This document shows positions 9,477 to 20,400 of a stretch of DNA of 64,000 bases, piece after piece. The stretch is from positions 62,001 through 126,000 of IMG/VR virus record IMGVR_UViG_3300042319_002138; one strand, given 5' to 3'. The position numbers were made by a program, and so were the translations under genes. Every line of letters starts with the position of its first letter. Within the stretch, counting starts at the first letter, position 1. The notes below the pieces were generated by a model. It was not told the origin of the DNA and did no database searches. It saw only the letters and a program-made list of their open reading frames with translations.

Positions 9477-10897
9477 AAAGATTCTGTATCTATTTTAAAT
9501 TTTAATTGTTTAACAAATTCTTCAGAAAATCTCTTTAAAAATGGAACACCGTCTTTACCAAAATACATTAATCCTGATATATTAGTTATACATTTATGGC
9601 CACCAGAATTAGCCTGAACCATATCCCAACCAGTAATTTTTAACATCTTTAAAGCTTTAATTTCTCTATCAGAAAGTGATGTGTAAGGTTTATCCATTAT
9701 TTTTTTAATGGCGTTTTGCCATCTTTCTAATGTATAATCTGGTGAACCACCATTAGGTATTTCATCTAATCCCATAATACCATTCTCAGTATCACCTAAA
9801 ATAGCTACCATATCATTAAAACTAAAACCAACAGATTCTTCCGAAAATTCTTTATTTTTTTCAGCAAAATACTTTACAGTATCAATAGATATAATTTTGT
9901 TTTCTAGTTCAGATTTAAATATACTTAAAACGTCTTGTGCTATTTCACCTAAATTAACACCTTTAAGTTCCCTACCCTTTTTATAAGGATTACAAGAAGC
10001 TTGTAATAAACCTAATGGCCATGTTATAACCAAAAAATTGGCGTTAGGGTATAATTTAAAAGGTACGTATCTATCATAAGAACCTGGTTTAAACATAGAA
10101 CCCCCACCGTATTGTTTTACAATCCCATACTCTTCATCGTATTCTACATTACCACTTTTTGATTGGACCTCAATATAATTGGAAAGGTTAACTTTCATTT
10201 CTTGAGCTGTGGCGTAACCATATTCTTTTGCTAATCTAACTATATTTTGGTAAATGTTTAAAAGTGATGGTGTACATTCCATCACAAGAGTTTCTAAAAA
10301 TTTTGGTTTATTTTTGTAAGCTAATAATAATTTATTAGTTACAAGTGCCATACTAATTTTATTACGTTCTAAATCTTTTCCTTTATCTAGGGTAAAAACA
10401 TAGTTCATAACATCATCTGGTGTAATATCTAATCTAGCATAATCAGCACTATCTACAGTAGATATCATCATAATATCTTTTGATGGGAAAATGTCTGATG
10501 GTGAAAGAACGTTAGAGATAGTCTCAACGTTTGACCTTGAGTGTCTAAAACTTGTTGACGTACTTTTTTCAACACCAACTTGTGAATCGTGGTGGTCAGT
10601 ATGTATAACAAACATTGGTTTACCGTGAGCAAAATCTACCAATACAGGCATTATTTCACCACTAGCGTCAGGTTTTTTAATTGAGAATTCTTTATCACCG
10701 TATTGAATTACTTCAACATCAACAACTTCAATACCGTTGTTTTCTAAATAATTTTTCATGGCAATTGCCGTAGTAACTCCATCTAAATCCTGATGAAAAT
10801 AAATTTTAGCTTTTTGATATCTTTTAGCTAATGTATTTATATTTTGTATACCAGTTTCGACTAACAAAGCCTGTAGTATGTTTTCACTAATAATCAT
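9473..10897 (-). CDS. DHH-family phosphoesterase-like protein
   Basis: HQDLDG, VDFAH, TDHH and C-terminal GGH motifs. Confidence 0.7.
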   Translation of the reverse strand: MIISENILQALLVETGIQNINTLAKRYQKAKIYFHQDLDGVTTAIAMKNYLENNGIEVVDVEVIQYGDKEFSIKKPDASGEIMPVLVDFAHGKPMFVIHTDHHDSQVGVEKSTSTSFRHSRSNVETISNVLSPSDIFPSKDIMMISTVDSADYARLDITPDDVMNYVFTLDKGKDLERNKISMALVTNKLLLAYKNKPKFLETLVMECTPSLLNIYQNIVRLAKEYGYATAQEMKVNLSNYIEVQSKSGNVEYDEEYGIVKQYGGGSMFKPGSYDRYVPFKLYPNANFLVITWPLGLLQASCNPYKKGRELKGVNLGEIAQDVLSIFKSELENKIISIDTVKYFAEKNKEFSEESVGFSFNDMVAILGDTENGIMGLDEIPNGGSPDYTLERWQNAIKKIMDKPYTSLSDREIKALKMLKITGWDMVQANSGGHKCITNISGLMYFGKDGVPFLKRFSEEFVKQLKFKIDTESL

Positions 10898-10922
10898 TAT
10901 ACTTATTGTTTTTCAATAAATA

Positions 10923-11135
10923 TCACGACTTTTGGTTCAGTTCAATTAACTTATTTAGATACTGGAGGCATTTTTCTAAATCTTGTAAACCGTTTTTATG
11001 TCTCCATCTAGTAACATACTTAACAATATTGCCTTCAAAAAAGTCTAATTTTTGTGAGTGTGCGTAATCCCACATCTCAATTCCTTGGTTATAATGTGAG
11101 GGATGTTCTATTTGTTCTTTATTTTTATCTTCCAT
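10923..11135 (-). CDS. DUF3310 / T7 gp1.7-like putative nucleotide kinase domain
   Basis: HPSHY…GNIVKYVTRWRHKNGLQDLEK. Confidence 0.75.
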   Translation of the reverse strand: MEDKNKEQIEHPSHYNQGIEMWDYAHSQKLDFFEGNIVKYVTRWRHKNGLQDLEKCLQYLNKLIELNQKS

Positions 11136-11139
11136 TATT

Positions 11140-11169
11140 TTTGTTTTTAATTAAAAATAGTTATATTTG
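11140..11169 (+). promoter_or_regulatory. Bacteroidota-type housekeeping promoter
   Basis: TTTG at 11140-11143, 18 nt spacer, TATATTTG at 11162-11169, upstream of ATG 11188. Confidence 0.5.
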
Positions 11170-11187
11170 TAAAAATAAAAAAGTTTT

Positions 11188-11778
11188 ATGGAAAGAAAAA
11201 AATTAAATATATTTGAAAAAGTTGGTCTTTGGTGGAAATTTGAGGGTAGGTATTACCATAAAGATTTTATTAAAGGTGTTAAAAACCTTTGGTCATGGTT
11301 CCCTGTTATATGGAAAGACCGTGATTATGATGACCATTATATATTTGAAGTTTTAAAATTTAAATTAAATAAGCAAGCTGATTATATTGGTGGTAATGAT
11401 AGACATTTAAGTGCTAAAAGAAATACTGAAATAATGCGTCTTGTAACTAAACTAATTAAGTTACAACAAGATGATTTTTACGGTATGGAGTTTATGGATT
11501 ACCATAAAACTAAATATGACTTTATCCCAACAGACGAAAGTAAAAAATGGTATTCCATGGAAGATACTTTAGTGTCTGAAACTTTTGATGAGTATTTTAA
11601 AAAATACCCACGTCAATATAAAAAAGTGGTAAGTGGTGAAATAAATCTATATCAAAGACCTTTTGAAGAAAAAGATAAAAAATTAATTGCTATGGAGATT
11701 GCACATGAAAATCAAGATAGATGTAATAAACTTATTTTTAAACTTCTTGAAAAGAATATACAAAAATGGTGGGATTAA
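11188..11778 (+). CDS. Hypothetical phage protein
   Basis: 196-aa ORF with its own promoter; Trp-rich KNLWSWFPVIWKDRDYD segment. Confidence 0.7.
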   Translation: MERKKLNIFEKVGLWWKFEGRYYHKDFIKGVKNLWSWFPVIWKDRDYDDHYIFEVLKFKLNKQADYIGGNDRHLSAKRNTEIMRLVTKLIKLQQDDFYGMEFMDYHKTKYDFIPTDESKKWYSMEDTLVSETFDEYFKKYPRQYKKVVSGEINLYQRPFEEKDKKLIAMEIAHENQDRCNKLIFKLLEKNIQKWWD

Positions 11779-13595
11779 TAACCCACCATTAATTTTTTAA
11801 AGAAATCGGTTGAGATGTCAAATTCTTCTTGTTCATCACCGACAACTGTATTAATAACACGTTTTTTCTTTTGTAACATTTCATACATCATTTCATCAAT
11901 AGTACCTTGAGCTATTGGGTAATAAACATTAACAGTTTTTGACTGACCGATGCGAAAGGCCCTATCTTCCGCCTGTGCGTGATTAGCTGGTACAAAATCT
12001 AAATCATTCATAATAACTACCTGTGCCGCTGTAAGTGTAATTGCGGTACCAGCAGATACAAGATTGCCAACAAAGACTTTAATATTTTCATTCTCTTGGA
12101 ACCCGTCAATAGACTTTTGTTTTTGTGTACCACTCAGTTTACCGTTATGACCCACAGCTATTCTACCAAAATGATTCATTAATGCATCAAATGAGTGGGT
12201 GAAGTTTGTAAATATAATTACCTTTTGACCGTTCTCAATTGCTTGTTCAGCTAATTCAATCGTGTGTTTAACTTTTTCTTGTGCTAAATATTTTCTAAGA
12301 ACAACTAATTCAACCATGTGTCTACCTGAACCAAGACGTTTACCTTCACTTTTGGCCCATTCAAGATATTCCTCAAATACATTACCATACCCTTTCATAT
12401 CATCAATCTCAATATAATAAGGTGCCACAATTTTTGGTGGTAGGTCTAGGTGGTCTTCTTTTTTTCTTCTTAAGATAAGTGATTTAGTTCTTTCATGTAA
12501 CTCTTCTAAGTTAGAAGCTCCATCAGTTAACCATATATCTTTGTATTGTCCACTATTTAATTTCTTTTTAAATTTTTTACCATCACAATATCTAAATGCA
12601 AAGTATTTCCAACTAGAAGTTACTGGTGATTCACAGAGATTAAGTAGGTTAAAATAATCCATTGGTCTGTTTGCGATAGGTGTACCCGTTAATAACCACC
12701 TTTTACCAATACTTTCAGCAATCTGGTTAACTATTTTAGTCCTATCAGCTTTAGGATTTTTAACCATGTGAGCTTCATCTAATATAATAATGTCGTAACC
12801 TTCATTAACCAAATGTCTATTTATTTCCCACTCTTCATAATTTTTTCTGTTATCTATTAAAGTATGGAAATTTTTAAGTATGTCATAATTAATGATAGTA
12901 AATTTTTTGGGATTCCAATGACCAGTTTTTAAAATACTAATATCTTCTTCAGGAACAAAATTTGATATCTCACGGTACCAATTAATTTTGGCGTTAGCCG
13001 GACAAACTACTAAAACTTTTTCCGCTCCCGTTTCTAAAGCTGAAACAATGGATTGAAATGTTTTGCCAAGACCCATGTCATCAGCAAGAATACAATTTTT
13101 TTTACTTAAAAGAAATTTAATACCCTTTTCTTGGTGGGGGAAAGCTTTCCACCCTCTTCTATCTAATTTTTGGTATTTTTCAAAATCAACCTCAACATTA
13201 ATTTCGGTATCATATAAGTTCTCAAATACCTGTGTTTTTGGTACATAAAAAAGTGGTGAGTATTTTTGATTTTTAAAAACCTTACCCCTAACATGATAAC
13301 TTTTTTCTGTATCACCTAAAACAGTTTCAACAAATATTTTTTCAGGTACATGATTAAGTTCAAACTTTTCTTGTAACTGTTTACCCAAAAACTCTGTTAT
13401 GGTAATAACTTTATTAACATCAACAGGGTCCTTATCAAAATTATTTTCTACATACTCAGATACACTGGGTGATATAGGAAAAGAACCTTCCTTATCTAAT
13501 CTTTCTTTTAACGATATTAAATACTCATTTTTACCTTCATAGGTCTCTAGTTTTAATAAAGTTTTTCTATTCTTTAATTTACCAATATCTAGCAT
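11775..13595 (-). CDS. SNF2-family (SF2) helicase/ATPase
   Basis: DDMGLGKT, DEAH, LTGTP, QAEDRAFRIGQ motifs. Confidence 0.92.
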   Translation of the reverse strand: MLDIGKLKNRKTLLKLETYEGKNEYLISLKERLDKEGSFPISPSVSEYVENNFDKDPVDVNKVITITEFLGKQLQEKFELNHVPEKIFVETVLGDTEKSYHVRGKVFKNQKYSPLFYVPKTQVFENLYDTEINVEVDFEKYQKLDRRGWKAFPHQEKGIKFLLSKKNCILADDMGLGKTFQSIVSALETGAEKVLVVCPANAKINWYREISNFVPEEDISILKTGHWNPKKFTIINYDILKNFHTLIDNRKNYEEWEINRHLVNEGYDIIILDEAHMVKNPKADRTKIVNQIAESIGKRWLLTGTPIANRPMDYFNLLNLCESPVTSSWKYFAFRYCDGKKFKKKLNSGQYKDIWLTDGASNLEELHERTKSLILRRKKEDHLDLPPKIVAPYYIEIDDMKGYGNVFEEYLEWAKSEGKRLGSGRHMVELVVLRKYLAQEKVKHTIELAEQAIENGQKVIIFTNFTHSFDALMNHFGRIAVGHNGKLSGTQKQKSIDGFQENENIKVFVGNLVSAGTAITLTAAQVVIMNDLDFVPANHAQAEDRAFRIGQSKTVNVYYPIAQGTIDEMMYEMLQKKKRVINTVVGDEQEEFDISTDFFKKLMVGY

Positions 13596-13675
13596 AACTT
13601 ATTAAATATAGAAACAAATAGAAAAAAATAAATGAAATACGATTCTTCTAAATATTTATAAGAAAATATACTTAA

Positions 13676-14191
13676 ATGTCAGATAAAAGAAGATTTCCAA
13701 TAACTCGTGTTCATAAATTTTATGATGAGACTGATTTTGGTTTTGATAATGAGTTAGCCAGAGAATTTGTAGAAGGTGATTTAAATTTTGTTGTAATTCT
13801 TTTTAGGGTTGATAGGATTAAAAGTCAAACAGATAGTGTATACGGTGAGTCTGATGTAGAAGAAATTAAATTTCATCCTCCTGTAGAAATTAAAGTTCGA
13901 CCAAATTTGGAAGAATCACAGTCTAAAGCATATTCAGAAGGTTATATGAGATATGAGGATTATGGTAATTTAACTTTTACAGTTTTTACCGACCATTTAA
14001 AAGAGTTAGGTGTTGATATAACATACGGTGATTATATCGGTTACCCTGATAAAGAAGATAATATTAAATATTTTACTGTCACAAATGACGGTAAAATTAA
14101 TTCTGATAACACTAAAACTAGATTAGGTTACAAATCTTACTATAGAAAAGTAGTTTGTACAACGGCTGACCCAGAAGAGTTTATGGGTTAA
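13676..14191 (+). CDS. Putative neck / head-closure protein (T4 gp14-like)
   Basis: DSVYGES…KF motif and position upstream of terminator and sheath genes. Confidence 0.5.
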   Translation: MSDKRRFPITRVHKFYDETDFGFDNELAREFVEGDLNFVVILFRVDRIKSQTDSVYGESDVEEIKFHPPVEIKVRPNLEESQSKAYSEGYMRYEDYGNLTFTVFTDHLKELGVDITYGDYIGYPDKEDNIKYFTVTNDGKINSDNTKTRLGYKSYYRKVVCTTADPEEFMG

Positions 14192-14204
14192 TATAAATAA
14201 AATT

Positions 14205-15248
14205 ATGGCATTACCAAAAAAAAGAAAAACTGATTTACAAATTAAAAGTATAGACCCACAAGGTGGTCCTGCTCATTGGGTTGAACAGTTTTTAGAACAA
14301 AATAAACAATTTTTACCTAGGTCAGTTGATTTTGCTGATTTAGATGAGGGTTTTGTTGAATTTGTTGAAAACGACTTAGGTATAGTTTTAAAGGGTGAAA
14401 AAGTACCTGTTAATTTTTTAACATTACAAAGATGGAATGAATTTACAAAAATTTGGCCAAATACAGATAAATATAAAAATGTTAAAATACCTTTTGTTTC
14501 TGTTGTTAGAAAACCTAATCCCGAAAAAGGTACTAACCCAGCCGACTTTAAAATACCCGTAAGAAAAAATTTCCCTTATATGCAAATACCCGTTTGGGAT
14601 GGTAATCGTAAAGGTGCTGACATTTACGGAATACCAAATCCCGTAGGTGTCGACATGATGTATACCGTTAGATTGTTTTGTTACAAAATGAGGGATTTAA
14701 ACAAATTAAATCAAAAAGTATTACAGGCATTTGCTTCAGCTCAAGCTTACGTTAATATTAAAGGACACTACTTCCCAATCATGTTAGAAACCATTGGTGA
14801 TGAAAGTCAAATTGATGATTTAGAAGGAAAAAGATTTTATGTACAAACTTATGAAATGAGGTTAATGGGTTATTTGGTTGATTCGGAAGAATTTGATGTT
14901 AAACCAGCAATCAGTAGAGCTTTAGTTACTTTTGAAACTAGTAGTAGGATACCAAAACCTTTAGCTAGATTTATTAAAGATAATGCTAAAGATGATAAAA
15001 CATTAAAATGTATTATACAGTTTTTACCTGGTTCATCAACTTCTATAAGATTTTCTACCGAAGTTAAAACTAGTTTTAGTTCTGTAGATTTAGATAACAT
15101 AACATCTTATACAATTTATGTAAATGGGGTTTTAACAACCATACCTTTTGTAGTCGAACCTTCTGACGTTATAATTATAAACATAGTAAAGGACGATTCA
15201 ACCATGATTGGTGAAATAACACTTAGAGGATTAATTATTACAGAATGA
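14205..15248 (+). CDS. Putative tail terminator / completion protein (T4 gp15-like)
   Basis: Position; KIPFVSV and PVGVDMMYTV segments. Confidence 0.45.
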   Translation: MALPKKRKTDLQIKSIDPQGGPAHWVEQFLEQNKQFLPRSVDFADLDEGFVEFVENDLGIVLKGEKVPVNFLTLQRWNEFTKIWPNTDKYKNVKIPFVSVVRKPNPEKGTNPADFKIPVRKNFPYMQIPVWDGNRKGADIYGIPNPVGVDMMYTVRLFCYKMRDLNKLNQKVLQAFASAQAYVNIKGHYFPIMLETIGDESQIDDLEGKRFYVQTYEMRLMGYLVDSEEFDVKPAISRALVTFETSSRIPKPLARFIKDNAKDDKTLKCIIQFLPGSSTSIRFSTEVKTSFSSVDLDNITSYTIYVNGVLTTIPFVVEPSDVIIINIVKDDSTMIGEITLRGLIITE

Positions 15249-17239
15249 GTAATTGTGGACCAGATATAGTAAAATATTTTATAGTAACACCATTAACAGG
15301 AGATACGTATGTAATTGGGGGGGTAAATACTCCTGCTACAAATAACACAAATAGTGCTTTAATAAACTTAATATACAATCAAGGGATACCTTTTGGGACT
15401 TATTCTTTGCCTTATACGGATGTTTATGTGACTGGTGGTACTTTTTCAAATGATATTTTATCTTTAAGAAGAAATGATGGTATTTCAATACCTATTACAG
15501 GATTTTCTTCATCACCAACAACCGATGTTTATGTAACTGGAGGAACTTTTTCAATTAATACTTTAACTTTAAGAAGAAATGACGGCATTTCAATACCTAT
15601 TACAGGGTTTTCTTCGGTTATACCACCAGATGTTTATGTGACTGGTGGTACTTACTCAAGTGGTAATTTAACTCTTGGTAGAAATGATGGTGTTTTAATT
15701 TCAGTTTCAGGATTTTTTACGGGGTCTACTGATACATACGTAACTGGGGGTACTTATTCAAGTGGTAATTTAACTTTAAATAGTCAAGATAATACTATAA
15801 CAATTACAGGTTTCACTGATTATTATACAACAGGTGTTACTTTAAATGGTAATGTATTAGAGTTTGATAGGAATGATACAAATAATGCTTACTCCGTAGA
15901 CCTATCCTCAATTAAATTCAGTGGTAATACATCGGGTGATTGTATTACCGATATTTATGTGTCTAATTTAAATTCTTGTTCACCATTACATATTCAAAAT
16001 ATAAGTTCAGGTGATGTTTTAATACTTGAGAACGGTAATGGTTTTGTAGGTATAGGTACTTTAACACCAACTGAAAGATTAGATGTTAATGGTAAAACAA
16101 AAACTACAAGATTACAAGTAACTAACGGAGCTGTATCTAATTATGTTTTGACATCAGATTCTTTTGGTAATGCCTCTTGGTCACAGGGTTTAGACAATTA
16201 TGTTACAGGTGGAACCTATTCTAATGGTTCTATTACCCTTAATAGACAAAACGGTTTAGTTACTATTAATGGTTTATCAACAGGTTACACATTAACTTCA
16301 TCAGCTATTAACACAGCCTTAGGTTATACACCACTTTCAGCATCTACAGATACATTTGTCACAGGTGGTACATACTCTAACGGAACTTTAACATTTAACA
16401 GACAAAATGGTACATTTAATGTAACTGGGTTATCTACAGGATACACCTTAACATCTTCAGCTATTAATACGGCTTTAGGTTATACTCCTTTATCAGCATT
16501 TACCGATACTTTTATTACTGGGATTACTTATTCTAATAATAATATTATAGTTGGTAGAAACCAAGGTCAATCATCTTTAACTACAAATATTTCTACAATG
16601 ACAGGTTTAACTGTTAATGGAAATTTAACTGTAACAGGTAACACATCAATGGAAGGTGTAACCGCATCAACATTAAACCTATCAACAACACCAGCAAACG
16701 ACTCAACAAACAATAATGTTTTAGTAAGGGATGTCTTAACAGGTGTTGTTAAACAAAGAGATATTACAAATGCTTTAAATAAAAATTACGCATCTTTTTA
16801 TGATACTGGTAATCAAACAGGTCTTGCTAATACAGTATTAACTATGTCGGCAAACACATCAGATTCTTGGAATACTGGAATTACTTTAAGTGCAAATACA
16901 AGATTTGTAATACAAAATCCTGGTGTTTATAATTTAGCATTTAGCGCTCAAATGGTAAAAACTGGTGGTAATAGTTCTACACACGCACACATATGGCTTT
17001 ATCAAAACGGTCTTGATGTATTATATAGTGCTAGTCAGATTGGATTTCCTTCAAATAGTGTATATGTTGTTCCTGCTTGGAATTTCTTTTTTAGTACTAC
17101 AACACCAAATGAATATGTTGAATTAAAATGGGAAATAAATAGTAATGTAGATAACCAATTGTCAATAAAACATCAACCAGCCGCTGGAAGTGTACCCGCA
17201 ATCCCATCTCTTATTGTTACTATCAACCAAGTAAATTAG
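15245..17239 (+). CDS. Repeat-rich fibre or collar protein with probable C-terminal beta-sandwich head
   Basis: Repeated D(V/T)YVTGGT(F/Y)S units, GIGTLTPTERLDVNG motif, Thr/Ser/Gly/Asn-rich, C-terminal PGVYNLAFSAQ (C1q/BclA-like). Confidence 0.6.
   Translation: MSNCGPDIVKYFIVTPLTGDTYVIGGVNTPATNNTNSALINLIYNQGIPFGTYSLPYTDVYVTGGTFSNDILSLRRNDGISIPITGFSSSPTTDVYVTGGTFSINTLTLRRNDGISIPITGFSSVIPPDVYVTGGTYSSGNLTLGRNDGVLISVSGFFTGSTDTYVTGGTYSSGNLTLNSQDNTITITGFTDYYTTGVTLNGNVLEFDRNDTNNAYSVDLSSIKFSGNTSGDCITDIYVSNLNSCSPLHIQNISSGDVLILENGNGFVGIGTLTPTERLDVNGKTKTTRLQVTNGAVSNYVLTSDSFGNASWSQGLDNYVTGGTYSNGSITLNRQNGLVTINGLSTGYTLTSSAINTALGYTPLSASTDTFVTGGTYSNGTLTFNRQNGTFNVTGLSTGYTLTSSAINTALGYTPLSAFTDTFITGITYSNNNIIVGRNQGQSSLTTNISTMTGLTVNGNLTVTGNTSMEGVTASTLNLSTTPANDSTNNNVLVRDVLTGVVKQRDITNALNKNYASFYDTGNQTGLANTVLTMSANTSDSWNTGITLSANTRFVIQNPGVYNLAFSAQMVKTGGNSSTHAHIWLYQNGLDVLYSASQIGFPSNSVYVVPAWNFFFSTTTPNEYVELKWEINSNVDNQLSIKHQPAAGSVPAIPSLIVTINQVN
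15419..16510 (+). repeat. Intragenic coding repeats in the fibre gene
   Basis: Four ~35-aa DxYVTGGT units at about 15419-15815, and two 52-aa units (…GLSTGYTLTSSAINTALGYTPLSA) at about 16193-16510. Confidence 0.8.
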
Positions 17240-17297
17240 TTCACTTTAAAGATTTTAACAATATATTTTCAAGAAACTTAACCCTTACTAAAATATT

Positions 17298-17456
17298 TTA
17301 ATTTAAATCTTCACCGTATATATCTGTTTTTGGTCTACATTTTTCTTTGATGAGTTTTTCAACAAAAGCAAACATCTTTAAACCATTTTTTTCACAATAC
17401 TCTTTTAATAGTTTATGTGTTTGTGGTGTAATTTTTAAGTTTTTATCTCTTTTCAT
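17298..17456 (-). CDS. Small ribbon-helix-helix-like DNA-binding protein (52 aa)
   Basis: Hand translation MKRDKNLKITPQTHKLLKEYCEKNGLKMFAFVEKLIKEKCRPKTDIYGEDLN; strand-helix-G-helix pattern; divergent from the sheath gene. Confidence 0.6.
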   Translation of the reverse strand: MKRDKNLKITPQTHKLLKEYCEKNGLKMFAFVEKLIKEKCRPKTDIYGEDLN

Positions 17457-17550
17457 CTACTATTTATTGATAAGTATGACAAAAGTATCTTTTTTGTCAC
17501 ACTCATTTTGTTGTTATAACAACAAAATAAAATTTTTGGTAAAGTCACCA

Positions 17551-17558
17551 ATATTTAT
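17551..17558 (+). promoter_or_regulatory. Putative late promoter motif ATATTTAT (representative copy, upstream of sheath)
   Basis: The same 8-mer lies 12-38 nt upstream of at least 12 gene starts, mostly structural (see findings). Confidence 0.55.
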
Positions 17559-17596
17559 TAATAAAATAACGAAAGAAAAAAAAATAAAATTAAAAA

Positions 17597-20389
17597 ATGG
17601 CATCAGACAAAATATTTGTATCACCAGGTGTATTTACATCAGAAAAAGATTTAAGTTTCGTAGCGCAACAAGTAGGTGTTACAACTTTGGGTGTTGTTGG
17701 TGAAACGACTAAAGGACCAGCTTTTGAACCAATCTTCATTACAAACTATGAAGAGTTCTTAGCTATTTTCGGTGGTCTAAACTCTAAGAAATTTGGGGGA
17801 GAAGATAAAAAACCAATGTATGAATTACCTTACATTGCTAAAAGTTATCTACAACAATCAAACCAAATGTTTGTTACAAGAATTCTTGGTTTAACTGGTT
17901 ATGACGCAGGAGCGGCTTGGTTAATTACAGCAAGTGCTAACTACGACCCAACAACAATTGTATCGGTAACAACTACAGGGTGGACAGCATCTTTTACAGG
18001 AAACACTTTTGGTTCAATTTCTAACGCTAACGTACAAGCGTTATACAATTTAGGATTGTTCCCTAACGGACCAACATTAACAACAACAGAACCAATACCA
18101 AATGATATAGCAACTTACCCTGAAGGTATTGTATTCACAAAAACAGGTCTTTCTTTTATAGGGACATCAGCAAATATAACCCAAACTAGTTATATATCTA
18201 GTGCGAATACTGGTTCTGTTTCTGGTACAGTTACAACTTATTCAGCATCTTCTTATTCTGAATATGAAGGTATGGCATTAGCAATGTTACGTTCTAGAGG
18301 TGATTATGGTGATGTAAATACAGTAACCGATACACTTACATTTAGAACTTTACAAACTTCAAATGGTGTGGTTATGAACCCACTTACAACAGCTACTAAC
18401 GCGGAAGCTAACTTTGTTCTTTCAGCTACAAACGCCACAACAAGTGCAGTAACTGCTTACGAAGTTTCTTTAAACACATCCTCAAGAGATTATATGCCAA
18501 GAGTACTTGGTACTGATTGTTTTGATAGAGACCCTTATATTTTTGTTGAGGAAATTTATCCAAACAAATTAGCTGATTTAGTTTCAGCTGGATATATCTT
18601 AGGATTAAATTCTACCGTAACATACACAAACGATTTTAACAATTATAAACAACAATGGCAAACTCCTGAAACTCCTTGGGTTGTTTCTGAATTACGTGGT
18701 AACCTTGTTGAAAAATTATTCAAATTTATTTCTATCTCTGACGGTAGTTCGGGTAACAAAGAGATTAAAATCTCAATAGCTAACATCAAACCTGATACAA
18801 AACAATTTGATATCCTTGTTAGAGAATTTTATGACAACGATACAAGACCAACAATTATTGAGTCTTTCCGTAAAGTTGTTATGAATCCTGCTGATGATAA
18901 CTATATTGCTAGAAGAATAGGTACCGCTGACGGTGAATTCTCTTTAAAGAGTAGATACATTATGATGGTTATGAACGCTGAAGCACCAATTGACTCATTC
19001 GCAGCGGGTTATGAAGGTTATGTTGTTAGAGATTATCCTGTAGGTGTATTAGCACCACAATTAAACTACAAAACACAATACGATATTGTTAATGATACAA
19101 TTAGAAAAGTTTACTTAGGTATTTCTGATACAGTTGGTATTGACCAAAACATGTTTAATTGGAAAGGTTATACTAATGACGCATCACCTAATCAATGGAC
19201 AGCTACAACAAAAGGTTTCCACATGGATAGTGGAGCTACAGTAGCAGGTACTTTTGAAGTAGGATGTTGTCCGTTTAGAACAATCGCTGGTATTGAAGGT
19301 ACTTCTTATCAGTCTATTCAAGCTAGAAAATTCACATTCGCACCTTATTTAGGATTTGACGGATGGAACTGTTATAGAAATACAAGAACAAATACTGATA
19401 GATATAGAGTTGGTAGAGCTGGTTTTGACGCAGGTTTACTTAACGGTGAATTTGAAAACATTACCGCTACTCAAGGTACTTCTGATTACTACGCATACCA
19501 AGAAGGTATCTACACATTTAGAAATCCTGAAGCAGTAAACATTAACGTATTAGCAACACCTGGTATTGATTACTCAGAAAATAATTCATTGGTTGGTTTA
19601 ACAATTGACATGGTTGAAGAAGAAAGAGCTGATTCAGTTTATATCTTAACTTCTCCTGAAGGTGTTACTTACAACAATGTTGTTCAATTAACTAGTATTG
19701 GGTTCGCAACAATTAGTAATTATACAGCTGATGACATGGTAGGTTTACTTGAAGCAGCAGATATTGACTCTAACTACACAGCCACTTATTGGCCATGGAT
19801 TCAATCAAAAGATACTGAAAATAATGTTAACGTTTGGTTACCACCTACATATGAAGTAGTACGTAACATCGCTTTAACTGATAACGTATCATTCCCTTGG
19901 TTCGCTTCAGCTGGTTACACAAGGGGTCTTACTTCAGCTATTCAAGCTAGAGTTAAATTGACTGAAGCTGATAGAGATACTTTATATGAAGGAAGAATTA
20001 ACCCAATGGCTACATTCTCTGACCAAGGAGTTGTAATTTGGGGTAACAAAAACTTACAAATAGCTGATTCAGCTCTTGATAGATTGAACATCAGAAGATT
20101 GTTACTACAAACAAGAAAGTTGATTTCAGCAGTAGCAGTAAGATTGTTGTTCGAACAAAACGACCAAATCGTAAGAAATCAATTCTTATCACTTGTTAAC
20201 CCAATCTTGGAAAACATTAAGAGAGAAAGAGGTTTGGCTGACTTTAGAGTTCAATTATCAAGTGACCCTGAAGAAATTGACAGAAATGAATTAAGAGGTA
20301 AAATCTTTTTAAAACCTGTACCAGCTTTAGAATTCATAATCTTAGAGTTCAACGTAACTTCAACAGGAGCGTCATTCGACAATCTATAA
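17597..20389 (+). CDS. Contractile tail sheath protein (gp18-like)
   Basis: SPGVFTSEKDLS, GETTKGPAFEP, YWPW, PWFASAG, RINP, WGNK, RLNIRRLL, LEFIILEF. Confidence 0.95.
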   Translation: MASDKIFVSPGVFTSEKDLSFVAQQVGVTTLGVVGETTKGPAFEPIFITNYEEFLAIFGGLNSKKFGGEDKKPMYELPYIAKSYLQQSNQMFVTRILGLTGYDAGAAWLITASANYDPTTIVSVTTTGWTASFTGNTFGSISNANVQALYNLGLFPNGPTLTTTEPIPNDIATYPEGIVFTKTGLSFIGTSANITQTSYISSANTGSVSGTVTTYSASSYSEYEGMALAMLRSRGDYGDVNTVTDTLTFRTLQTSNGVVMNPLTTATNAEANFVLSATNATTSAVTAYEVSLNTSSRDYMPRVLGTDCFDRDPYIFVEEIYPNKLADLVSAGYILGLNSTVTYTNDFNNYKQQWQTPETPWVVSELRGNLVEKLFKFISISDGSSGNKEIKISIANIKPDTKQFDILVREFYDNDTRPTIIESFRKVVMNPADDNYIARRIGTADGEFSLKSRYIMMVMNAEAPIDSFAAGYEGYVVRDYPVGVLAPQLNYKTQYDIVNDTIRKVYLGISDTVGIDQNMFNWKGYTNDASPNQWTATTKGFHMDSGATVAGTFEVGCCPFRTIAGIEGTSYQSIQARKFTFAPYLGFDGWNCYRNTRTNTDRYRVGRAGFDAGLLNGEFENITATQGTSDYYAYQEGIYTFRNPEAVNINVLATPGIDYSENNSLVGLTIDMVEEERADSVYILTSPEGVTYNNVVQLTSIGFATISNYTADDMVGLLEAADIDSNYTATYWPWIQSKDTENNVNVWLPPTYEVVRNIALTDNVSFPWFASAGYTRGLTSAIQARVKLTEADRDTLYEGRINPMATFSDQGVVIWGNKNLQIADSALDRLNIRRLLLQTRKLISAVAVRLLFEQNDQIVRNQFLSLVNPILENIKRERGLADFRVQLSSDPEEIDRNELRGKIFLKPVPALEFIILEFNVTSTGASFDNL

Positions 20390-20400
20390 AAAATAAAAAA

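Noticed and set aside
17347-17703. 118-aa plus-strand ORF
   Set aside because: Overlaps the sheath start and the more plausible minus-strand RHH-like gene; no coding character.
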